Positions 25,890 to 37,800 of a DNA stretch of 64,000 nt are shown piece after piece. Both the position numbers and the translations under genes were made by a program. This DNA is from Macrostomum lignano (Eukaryota). The notes below the pieces were generated by a model, which was given only the letters and a program-made list of their open reading frames with translations, did not search any database and was not told the DNA's origin. The stretch is from the NCBI GenBank assembly GCA_002269645.1, contig NIVC01000446.1, positions 1 through 64,000 on the forward strand, read 5' to 3'. The stretch's first letter is position 1. Each line of letters starts with the position of its first letter.

Positions 25890-28800
25890 ATGAAGAGAAA
25901 GCAGTCGCAACCGGTCAGATTGGTGCTAGCGGAACAGTCCAGTCGGTCTTGGCAGTGCAGCTGGCTTGCTAGTTCCACTTCCATTACGGATGAAGTTACC
26001 GATTCACAACCGGTTGTTAAGCGTCAAAAACTTATTGGCAGAAAGGGTGCGAATGATCCGTTAAGCCTTATAAAGAAGTCGGCTAATAGTACTGCAAAAT
26101 TGCATTGGTTGCCGACAGTTGAAGATGGTGATCATCAAGCTGCTCTAGCCACCGTGTTAGTTGATGAGATTTTGCCCGCGTCTAATTCTCCGCTGACTAG
26201 AGCGGAGCTGATGCCGATGTTAATAAAGAATTCAACAGCTGATACAGTTCAGGATGAGCTGGTAGACTCCAGTTTAGAGGCCTGTCTGTTGTTTTCTTGC
26301 GAGCAGGTGAGGCCCTTTTTTGTTTGAATTCTGTGTGGGTTTTTATAACTTTTGGTGCCCATTTGGGTGACATTGTTTCACAACCAGCCAGCACTGAGGG
26401 CACATACAAGTGCTCATGTACATGTTTTCAGAGGCTCGTTTGTTTTGGGTCTTTGCACTTTGCTGTGCAGCCTTTTAGATTTTCTTTGTTTTGAATTGAA
26501 ATAACCAGTTTCTTGTCATAGCCTAGTGTTTAAAGCGTCGGAGTCACGACTATAAGGTCTGGGGTTCAAATCTCTGCTCACTCGGAACAATTTGTGTCCT
26601 TGAGCAAGACACTTCACTCTGCATTGCTTCAGTTCACCCAGCTGTAAAATGGGTGCCAGCATTAGCTGGGGTAATTGAGAGTGTGTGGCGACCCCCCCAG
26701 TCCTTGGACTGAACAGCCGTACGCAGCCTTCAGATGCGCCGCGCAATAGCTGCGGCTAAGCTGTCGGTTACACATCTGGCTCAATTGGGGCATGTGTAAT
26801 AAATTATTGATTATTTTATTTTTCGAATTTTAGCGTATTATCCCTATATTTCTACTATCAGTAGAGTATCAAAGAAAAGTTCAGTATATTAGATTATGCT
26901 TCTGTCAGTCTTTTATATAGCTCATTAACTTCTCTAGTGCAACTGCATTTACAACTGCAATGCTCAACATTCCCCATTGTTCCTCAGGTATTTCTACACG
27001 TCAGACTGTCTTCCCGTTCCCATAGCAACCAAAGCAGTCGCGAAGCTGTCTACCTGCTATCGGATCAATCAGGCAAACTTGGCTGTTTGAACTGTCCCAG
27101 TAAGCTCTGTTTGACAGCTCGACAGCAGAATCTACTGGATTGTCTAACCGACTTAGCTTCGTCTTGTAAGACTTCGCTAAGCAAGCCGTTGATTATCGTT
27201 GCCTGTCTCCGAGTTGAGCGCCTGTTGGCAGCTTCGTCGTCTAGTCGGCATCGTCTTGGCGATGATCCAGCCGATTGGCCAACTAGTAGAGGCGTCTGGT
27301 GCCGACGCCTAGCTCATCTGGTGCAGCTCGACTGGGGCTTGACTGACAGGTCCGTGCAGCCCGTGCCCGCTTCGTCTGGTCGGGAGAATCTCATGCTGTT
27401 TTTTGATCAGGTTTGTGTGGCTATTGATCAGTAATGCTACTTCAGTATGTTCTTATAGATCTACATTCCTGTGCTCTGTTGCCGCAACAGTAGTTAATTA
27501 GAATCCCAACTCATTGATTAAAAAACTCAAACGGAATCTCCATCTCAGGGATCGGAATCCCCATCTCAGGGATCAGATTACCCTATCTCATGGATCAGAA
27601 TCCCCATCTCAGGGATCAGATTGCCCCATCTCATTTATCAGAATCCCCATCTCATGGATCAGAATCTCCATCTCAGGGATCAGATTACCCCATCTCATGG
27701 ATCAGAATCCCCATCTCATGGATCAGAATCTCCATCTCAGGGATCAGATTACCCAACTAAGGGATTAAAATGCAGAGCTACTCAACCAGTTAACCATGTG
27801 CCTGTCTGTCCAGGTAATGGACAATAATTTATGTCGCAGCGGCAGCTCCGAGGCGCTAATCAGCTGGTACCATACTTAGTCAGAACTAGTTGCTATGGAC
27901 AAGCTCGGCATGCACTCCCAACTGCGTCCCTATCAACGCATGGCGCTAGCCTGGGCAGCCAGGCGCGAACTGGAGCCCCAGCTGGCTACAGGAATTGTTG
28001 GCGGACTGCTGCGAGAAGCCTACAGAGAAATTCAACTGCCAACCGCCAAAGCCGCCTACGCCACTAAAGATCCTACTGTTATGAGTAGTAGTACTAGCGC
28101 TACCGCTGTGTGTTATTCACCCTATCATAATCATTTTGTGCTGCGACTGCCCGCCTGGGAGAAGCATTCCGCTGAAGAATTGGGCGCTAATTCGATAGCT
28201 AGGTGATTTTTTTATTACTGTTATCAGTGATGAGATTCTGGTTGTGTCGTCTCAATGGATGAGATTCTTATCCTGTGGTCTCATGGGTGAGATTCTTATC
28301 CTGTGGTCTCATGGGTGAGATTCTTATCCTGTGGTCTCATGGTGAGATTCTTATCCTGTGGTCTCATGGGTGAGATTCTTATCCTGTGGTCTCATGGGTG
28401 AGATTCTTATCCTGTGGTCTCATGGGTGAGATTCTTATCCTGTGGTCTCATGGGTGAGATTCTTATCCTGTGGTCTCATGGGTGAGATTCTTATCCTGTG
28501 GTCGCATGGGTGAGATTTTTATCCTGTGGTCTCATGGGTGAGATTTTTATCCTGTGGTCTCATGGGTGAGATTCTTATCCTGTGGTCTCATGCAGTGGCG
28601 CAACCAGGGGGGGGGGGGGCGGGGGACCGAAAAAAATCAAAGGGGGGCCAAGCGAATTTTCGCCAAAAACAGAGCCACCCCTCCGCCGCCCCCCCCCCTC
28701 CCGGGACTTTACCCTCAGAATCCGCCCCCCCCCCTTGAAAAATTTCTGGTTGCGCTACTGGTCTCATGGGTGAGATTTTTATCCTGTGGTCTCATGGGTG

Positions 28801-31800
28801 AGATTCTCATTCTGTGGTCGCATTGGTGAGATTCTTATCCTGTGGTCGCATGGGTGAGATTCTCATCCTGTGGTTTCATGGGTCAAATTCTAGATCTGTC
28901 ATCTCAGGCTTGAAATTCTATAAACAGCTGGCACTCGTAGAGTTGAATTCCATTCCGTAAATAGTCTTCATATCGGTGTTTTAATATTTTCACGCAGAGG
29001 AGGCATCCTAGCCGACGAGATGGGCCTCGGCAAGACTGTGGAGATGATCGCCCTGATCTTGGCCATCCGCCGCCGTCGCCGCCTGCGAACGAAGACTGTA
29101 CTAATATTATTGACAGAGAGGACGCTGAGCAGCTTGAGTCGAAGAGTCCGATTGGCCGACAACTCTATTGTCTGTGCAACAACGCAGAAGTGATCGGTAT
29201 GGATTATGGTCGACGTCAACGCACGGATCCGATTATTCTACTAGACTATGTCGTTTGCGACTCTTGCGGCGACGTGCAGCATCGACGCTGCGTTGGTTTG
29301 GCTGCGTCTTCAAATTTGCGACGTCAAAGCGAACGAGGCTACCTGTGCCCAATGTGCCTGCTGCGTCAGCCGCCAGTGCCCGGTCGGGCTACGCTGTTTG
29401 TTGTGCCGCCTATACTGCTGGAACAGGTGATTTATGATTCTCAACTTTAGGGTAAAATTGAAGTTTTAGTTACTTCAGGTGACGTTTTAGCCTAGAGGGT
29501 GAGATTTTGAAGGTCAAAGCTAGAGGGTGAGATTTTGAAGGTCAAAGCTAGAGAGTGAGATTTTGAAGGTCATAGCTAGAAGTTGAGATTTCAAAGCTCA
29601 AAGCTAGAGGGTGAGATTTTGAAGGTCATAGCTAGAGGGTGAGATTTTAAAGGTCAAAGCTAGAGGGTGAGATTTTAAAGGTCATAGCTAGAGGGTGAGA
29701 TTTTAAAGGTCAAAGCTAGAGGATGATATTTTAAAGGTCATAGCTAGAGGGTGAGATTTTAAAGGTCATAGCTAGAGGGTGAGATTTTGAAGGTCATAGC
29801 TAGAGGGTGAGATTTTGAAGGTCATAGCTAGAGGGTGAGATTTTGAAGGTCATAGCTAGAGGTTGAAGTTGAAGATTGAAGATTGAAGTTGAGATTTTAA
29901 AGGTCAAAGCTAGAGGGTGAGATTTTAAAGGTCATAACTAGCGGTTGATATTTTGAAGATATTAACTAGAGGGTTAGATTTTGAAGGCCAAGGCTAGAAG
30001 TTGAGATTTTAAATGTCAAAGCTAGAGGGTGAGATTTTGAAGGTCATATTCAGAGGTTGAGATTTTGAAGATCTTGCTAGAGGTAGAGATTTTAATAACA
30101 ACTGCCTCGTAGCTTTTTTAAATATGAGACTGAAGAAAATAGATTTGCTGAAGAGTAATATGAGACATTAAAAATTGCTAAAAAAACACACAGCCTTCCC
30201 CTCTCCTCTTCAGGTGAAATTAGAATTTGTCAGACACACGGCTCGCCCAGACTTCAATCTGACAGTGTACTCAGGAATTGAGCACGGCTACGTTCAGCCA
30301 ATGACTTGGCCCAATCAGACGTTGTTGTCACACTACGGCGTGTTGCAACGCGAAAGTCGATTTGTTTTAACTGACGCTAATTGACGAGAAGCATCAACGT
30401 CAGCGCCGGTATAACCGGTCGGCCAGGTATCCCGGCATATTAGTCCGCTCACCTGTGTGCACTGGTGGCGCATTGTGCTGGATGAAGCTCAGACTATCTG
30501 CTCTAGCAACACGCAATTAGCTTGCATGACCAATCGCTTATCAGCTGTCAATCGTTGGTGCGTCACCGGTACACCGGTGCAAACCGGCCTGTCTGATCTG
30601 CACGGCCTGTTCCAGTTCCTTGGCGCACCTGTAGCCCAATGCTCTCGCTGGTTTAAACACCTGTTGCTCTATCCGTATCAGGCTGGCAGCTATCAGCCGC
30701 TGGTGGAGTTCACTGCCAGCCTACTGTGGCGTCAGACTAAATCTCGGGTAGCCGATCAGATTGGCATTCCGCCCCTGACCGAGCGGGTCTATCGGCTCAG
30801 CTTTAGCGGTATCGAGTCACTCTATTATCGGCTAAGGATGGAGAGCGAGAGAAGCGCCTGGCGGAGAACGCTTGATAGGTAGATTGAGTTTTGCATTTGT
30901 TATTGTATTCAAGTGTGTTCGATAGGGCTGTGTGACTCTTTTTATTAGAGGCAGGGGGTTCTGTGCACCCTGGCGCACTTTAAGCGACATGGGCACACAA
31001 CCGGCGAGAGGGATTGCTGCCCATTCCGCCGACTCCCCTGAGCAGGCATACAAGCGCGCGGAAACGTATGCAGGCACACACTCACACAGGAGTGTACAGC
31101 GGCTTTAACTTTATTTTATCGTTAGGCATGTACACTTCACTGCGCCTTGGGGGGTTGGCTCTCAAGGCCGTTAATTGCACGAGCAGAGCCAAGCTGAGAT
31201 TCCAAATTCAGCCCCAAATCAATGTGACTGCACTTGGAATCGAGCCTGGGTCGCTGGTACACCAGAGCCTGCGCTAGACCGCTGGGCTACGGCACCCCGG
31301 CTGTGTGACTCTCTTCCTCCCTCTGCCTTCCGCTCCCTCCGTTCTTCCTCTCCGCCTATTCCGCCCCTCCGCCTTCCGCCCCCTCCGCCTTCCGCCCCCT
31401 CCGCCTCTTCCGCCCCTATCCGCCTCTTCCGCCCCCTCCGCTTCTTCCTCCCCTGCGTTCTTCCTTCCATCCGCCTCTTCCGCCCCGTCCGCCTCTTCCT
31501 CCCCTGCGTTCTTCCTTCCATCCGCCTCTTCCGCCCCGTCCGCCTCTTCCTCCCTGCGTTCTTCCTTCCATCCGCCTCTTCCGCCCCCTCCGCTTCTTCC
31601 TCCCCTGCGTTCTTCCTTCCATCCGCCTCTTCCGCCCCGTCCGCCTCTTCCTCCCCTGCGTTCTTCCTTCCATCCGCCTCTTCCGCCCCGTCCGCTTCTT
31701 CCTCCCCTGCGTTCTTCCTTCCATCCGCCTCTTCCGCCCCCTCCGCTTCTTCCTCCCCTGCGTTCTTCCTTCCATCCGCCTCTTCCGCCCCGTCCGCCTC

Positions 31801-34800
31801 TTCCTCCCCTGCGTTCTTCCTTTCATCCGCCTCTTCCGCCCCGTCCGCCTCTTCCTCCCCTGCGTTCTTCCTTCCATCCGCCTCTTCCGCCCCGTCCGCC
31901 TCTTCCTCCCCTGCGTTCTTCCTTCCATCCGCCTCTTCCGCCCCTCCGCTTCTTCCTCCCCTGCGTTCTTCCTTCCATCCGCCTCTTCCGCCCCGTCGCC
32001 TCTTCCTCCCCTGCGTTCTTCCTTCCATCCGCCTCTTCCGCCCCGTCCGCCTCTTCCTCCCCTGCGTTCTTCCTTCCATCCGCCTCTTCCGCCCCGTCCG
32101 CCTCTTCCTCCCCTGCGTTCTTCCTTCCATCCGCCTCTTCCGCCCCGTCCGCCTCTTCCTCCCCTGCGTTCTTCCTTCCATCCGCCTCTTCCGCCCCGTC
32201 CGCCTCTTCCTCCCCTGCGTTCTTCCTTCCATCCGCCTCTTCCGCCCCGTCCGCCTCTTCCTCCCCTGCGTTCTTCCTTCCATCCGCCTCTTCCGCCCCG
32301 TCCGCCTCTTCCTCCCTGCGTTCTTCCTTCCATCCGCCTCTTCCGCCCCGTCCGCCTCTTCCTCCCCTGCGTTCTTCCTTCCATCCGCCTCTTCCGCCCC
32401 CTCCGCTTCTTCCTCCCCTGCGTTCTTCCTTCCATCCGCCTCTTCCGCCCCCTCCGCTTCTTCCTCCCCTGCGTTCTTCCTTCCATCCGCCTCTTCCGCC
32501 CCCTCCGCTTCTTCCTCCCCTGCGTTCTTCCTTCCATCCGCCTCTTCCGCCCCGTCCGCCTCTTCCGCCCTATCCGCCTCTTCTGCCCCTCTCCTCACCT
32601 CATTTTCACTCCTTCGTAGTTACCTCTTTCAAGACCTACACGGTGACACGTGGGTACCATTAGACATTCAATCATTCACTCTCAATGATATCTACTGTAA
32701 TTCTTCAATTCCAGACTGGCACTGCCCGGCTCACTGCGCTTAGACGAAATCAATCGAGCCCTACTAAAACAGTTGCTAGGCCCGCTAAGCTGTATGCGAC
32801 AGGCTTGCGATTTCCCTGCATTGATGCGATCGGTGCGAGTGCACCACCAAGGGACCGCTACTGCTGCTGTTGCTGCTGCCGCCGCCGCTGCCGCTACTGG
32901 CGGAACTGCCGCAGGCGGCCAGATGAACTTTCCGCCTAGTGCCTATGTGGGAGTCGGCGAGTACATGACTATGGATGAGGTAGTTTTAAGTTTATATTGA
33001 TTAAATCTTATTACCGACTTATTCTGATTTAGTTCATTTTTACCGAATCATCCCTAAGAATCGCCCCTTAAGTATCCTAGAGAATCGCCCCTAAATCATC
33101 CTTAACAATCGCCCTTGAATCATCCTTAAGAATCGCCCCTGAATCATCCTTAAGAATCGCCCCTGAATCATTCTTAACAATCGCCCCTGAATCATCCTTA
33201 AGAATCGCCCCTGAATCATTCTTAACAATCGCCCCTGAATCATCCTTAACAATCGCTCCTGAATCATCCTTAACAATCGCCCCTGAATCATCCCTAAGAA
33301 TCGCCCCTTAAGTATTCCTAGAGAATCGCCCCTTAAGTATCCTAGAGAATCGCCCCTGGATCATCCTTAAGAATTGCCCCTGAATCATCCTTAAGAATCG
33401 CCCTTTAGTATCCTAGAGAATCGCCCCTGAATCATCCTTAAGAATCGCCTCTGAATCATCCTTAACACTCGCTCTTAAATCATCCCTAACAATCGCCCCT
33501 TAAGGATCCTAGAGAATCGCCCCTGAATCATCCTTAAGAATCGCCCCTGAATCATCCTTAAGAATCGCCCCTGAATCATCCTTAAGAATCGCCCTTTAAG
33601 TATCCTAGAGAATCGCCGCTGAATTATCCTATAGAATCACTCTAAACTTTCCTGAAGACTAATCGCTAAATATATTCCCCATATAAACCATCTGACAGGT
33701 GCTTGACAGCCTGATCCAGAAGACTCGCATATCGCTGAAAGAAGAGCATCGCCGATGGCTAATGGCGGTGAATGGCTTGGCAGCCATAGCATTTAACGTT
33801 GACAACTGCCCAACCACAGCAGCCCAACTGTATAGGGAAGCCCTGGACTCAATCGCCTATCATTGCGAGTTTGTTAAGACAGATTCTGCTCAGGAGCTGC
33901 ACGCCATTCATTGGTTGCACGAGGTGCTAGAATTGGATAAGGCTAAACAGTTGCCAAGGGCTGTTAGCGATGATAGCTTGCCTGAAAGGTATTGCATAGT
34001 TATGTTTAATGCTCATTGTTTTAATCTTAATAGCTGATATTTATACGGTAACTTCAAATCTCAGGAGGGACCTGTTATCTAAGGGGTGAGATTCTAACCT
34101 GTTAACTTAGGGGTGAGATTCTAACCTGTTAAATCTAGTGGGTGAGATTCTCGACCTGTTATCTGAGGGGTGCGACTTTAGATCTCTGATCTCAGGGGTT
34201 AGATTCTATGAGTAGATCTGCCATCTCAAAGGTGAAATTCTAAGTCTTCATCTCAAAGGTGAGATAAGATGGCATGAGTCCAGCTGAGGTTACGAGTATA
34301 ATAATGCTGATAAATAAAATATATGTAAGATTGGAATTTAGAACTGCCACATGGTCTTTATAAATGTGTTTCGATAGAATAATAAGCATAAGTGCTAACT
34401 TACAATGCCTACCCGTCGCTCTCGCACCTCAGAGAGACGGTCCTACGCGATCGCATGGTAGCTAACCAGCAGTCAGTAGTGGCCCAAGCCCGCTCCAAAG
34501 CAAACCTTGTTAGCGAGAATATCGCGGCCGAAGAATCTCGCTTAGCCTTGAACGAGGACTGGCTTGTAGACCTGTTGCATCGGCACTGGCCTAATTCTAC
34601 TAGCGCACTGGCTGACAGCCTGACCGATCTGTTGTGCTACGATAATTCCCGATTAGCTGGTCAGCTGAGAGCCTGTTCCACCCCGGCTGGGGTTGGCATG
34701 GCTTTGCACAGCGAATTGGATCGATTGAAGTCAACTAGGGCTAAGTTAACAGCCGCTATGGCTGAGATAGAGGGTGATTGGACGGAACAGCAGTTTCGCG

Positions 34801-37800
34801 AGTACGTCATGCACTGTCTGCGCCGCGCCGAGGGTCTGGACTCTTGTCGCTGGTGTAGCTGCGAACAGCTCTTTAATGAGTATAAGAAGGTATGGACGAA
34901 TTTTATACTCTTTTTCATGATAATAATTAAATTTACAACGCCCCACAGCACCAGAGCTGAGACGATTCTGCTCATTCCGCTGACTCCTGAGCACAAAAGC
35001 GCGCCAATACTGTACTCAGAATCGCCCTGTGTACAGGGTGTGCGTATTTAGCGGCCCTGTGACTTTCTAATCTTCGGGCATGCACACTCTCTGTACCTTA
35101 GGGGCTGCCCCTCGAGGGTGTAAATTGCACGAATCGAAACGCCCTCCAGCTCCATTGAATCGTCCCAAAAAACATCCCAAGAGTTGTTTTTACACATCTC
35201 AGATAACCAACCTAGAGAACCTTACACAAATCACCATTAAACGCTTTCATAAATCATCCTAAATTATAATTAATCATCCCCTAAACACCCCAATTAATCA
35301 CCCATAAACACCCAAATGAACCACCCATAAAAACCCCAAAGAATCACCCTAAACACCCCATTGAATCACCCCTAAACACCCAAAGAATCACCTCCTAAAG
35401 TCTCAAATAAATCACCCTAAACACTCCAAAGAATCGCCCTAAACACCCCAATGAATCACCCTAAACACCCCAATAAATCACCCTAAACACCCCAATGAAT
35501 CACCCCTAAACACCCCTATGAATCACCCTAAACACCCCAATGAATCACCCTAAACACTCTAATAAATTACCCTTAACACCCCAATGAATCACCCTAAACA
35601 TCCCAATAAATCACCCTAAACACCCCAATAAATCACCCTAAACACCCCAAAGAATCGCCCTAAACCTCCAATGAATCACCCTAAACGCCCCAAAGAATCA
35701 CCTTAAACACCCCAGTAAATCACCCTAAACACCCCAATGAATCACCCTAAACACCCCAATGAATCTCCCTAAACACTCCAATAAATCACCCCAAACACCC
35801 AAAAGAATCACCCTAAACACCCCAATGAATCTCCCTAAACACTCCAATAAAATGATGCTCCTTCAACCCGCAGGCCGTATTCCTGCCAGCCGGTTTCGTA
35901 GAAGACAAACGCCTGCCGCCTCTGATTGACAGCCTGCTTAGCCGGCTAGTGCGTTTCGTCCAGAACGATCCCGCCGCTATTGCCGACTTAACTAGTCAAT
36001 TAAATTCGCTAAAATTAATGCGACGCGAGTACAATCTGTTGCACGATCTGTGGATTGAATTGGGCCAGTTGCAGTCTGTTAAGGATGAGATTGACCAGGC
36101 ACTGACCAGGTTGCGACTGTTGCAGCCTGGAGAACAGGTAAATAGGGCTGTAATTGCGTCTGCTGCGTTACCTGCTTTTGTAGTATGTAATCTACAAGTA
36201 TATACTAAAATGGTTTATCGTTATCTAGATATCTACGTGATCGATTTCAGAAAAAAAATCGATTTCATTTCCTTCATGATCTTATATTCTTGTAACTTAA
36301 TGTTTCTAAGGGTTTTCTCATGTATTCCCTTCGGTTTCTCTTTTATTTCCTCCGGTTTCTCATAAATTACCTCCGGTTTCTCATAAATTACCTCCGGTTT
36401 CTCATAAATTACCTCCGGTTTCTCATAGATTCCCTCCCGGTTTTTTAGAGATTCCCTCTGGTTTCTCAAAGATTCTCTCTGGTTTCTCATAGTTTACCTC
36501 CAGATTCTCATAGATTCCCCCGGGTTTCTCATAGATTTCCTCCGGTTTCTGATACAACCCTTCGGTTTACTATAGATTCCCTCCGTATTCTTATGGACTT
36601 CCTCCAGTTTGTCGCAAACATTTAAAATTTTGCTAAAATCGCTAATTCTGTAATGAGGCAAGTTCCCTCATTTCATCACCAATTCTCTCCATCTTGCAGA
36701 CTGACGCGATGACCAAGAATTTTGTCCATAGTCGCCTAGAATTTGACGAGAAAAAGCAGCGCTACTTGGCCGACAAAGCCATCTGCTCAGCCACTCGAGC
36801 TCGAGAGCTCGGCCGATTGAAATATCTGATCAACGTCAAAGCTGATCGAGCAGCCAAGGCTGCTGCTGAATCAGCTGCTAGCGCTGCGGCAGATCGGGGA
36901 TCGGAGCAGGAGGACTGTCCCGTGTGTCGGCGATCTCTGCCCTCAAGATGGCACGTGCTCGGGTGCGCTCACCAGCTCTGCTTAAACTGTCTGCGCCGAC
37001 TGCTCAAATGTAGCCGCTTAGTGTGCCCCGTGTGTCGGCAGGTGAGTCATGGCTGGTTAAGATGGCTTTAGATGCAACTTGAGTTATCATAGTTTGATAG
37101 ATTGCTAATCTAGCCTGTGTGCACATTGCGAAGAAGTAGGATGGATTGCTAATCTAGCCTGTGTGTACATTGGGAAGAAGTAGAATGGATTGCTAATCTA
37201 GTCTGTGTGTACATTGGGAAGAAGTAGGATGGATTGCTAATCTAGCCTGTGTGTACATTGGGAAGAAGTAGGATAGATTGCTAATCTAGCCTGTGTGTAC
37301 ATTGGGAAGAAGTAGGATAGATTGCTAATCTAGCCTGTGTGTACATTGGGCAGAAGTAGGATGGATTGCTAATCTAGCCTGTGTGTACATTGGGCAGAAG
37401 TAGGATAGATTGCTAATCTAGCCTGTGTGTACATTGGGCAGAAGTAGGATAGATTGCTAATCTAGCCTGTGTGTACATTGGGCAGAAGTAGGATGGATTG
37501 CTAATCTAGTCTGTGTGTACATTGGGCAGAAGTAGGATGGATTGCTAATCTAGCCTGTGTGTACATTGGGCAGAAGTAGGATAGATTGCTAATCTAGCCT
37601 GTGTGTACATTGGGCAGAAGTAGGATGGATTGCTAATCTAGTCTGTGTGTACATTGGGCAGAAGTAGGATGGATTGCTAATCTATATTGGGAAGAAGTAT
37701 GATCTGGATTTCTAATCTCTGGTGTTTGGATTATCTCTCTGTCACAACATTTCGGCAATTAAACACGATTGTAGCTTCTAAAGGGTTTGGTGTAACTGGG

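Noticed and set aside
31175-32743. 373-522-aa Pro/Ser/Arg/Glu-rich ORFs
   Set aside because: They lie within SHPRH intron 5 and are translations of the 51-bp array plus SINE sequence.
35275-35850. Telomere-like CCCTAAA motifs (also CACTAAA at 8336-8785 and TAAGCC at about 53000)
   Set aside because: Embedded in longer minisatellite units, not contiguous telomeric tracts.
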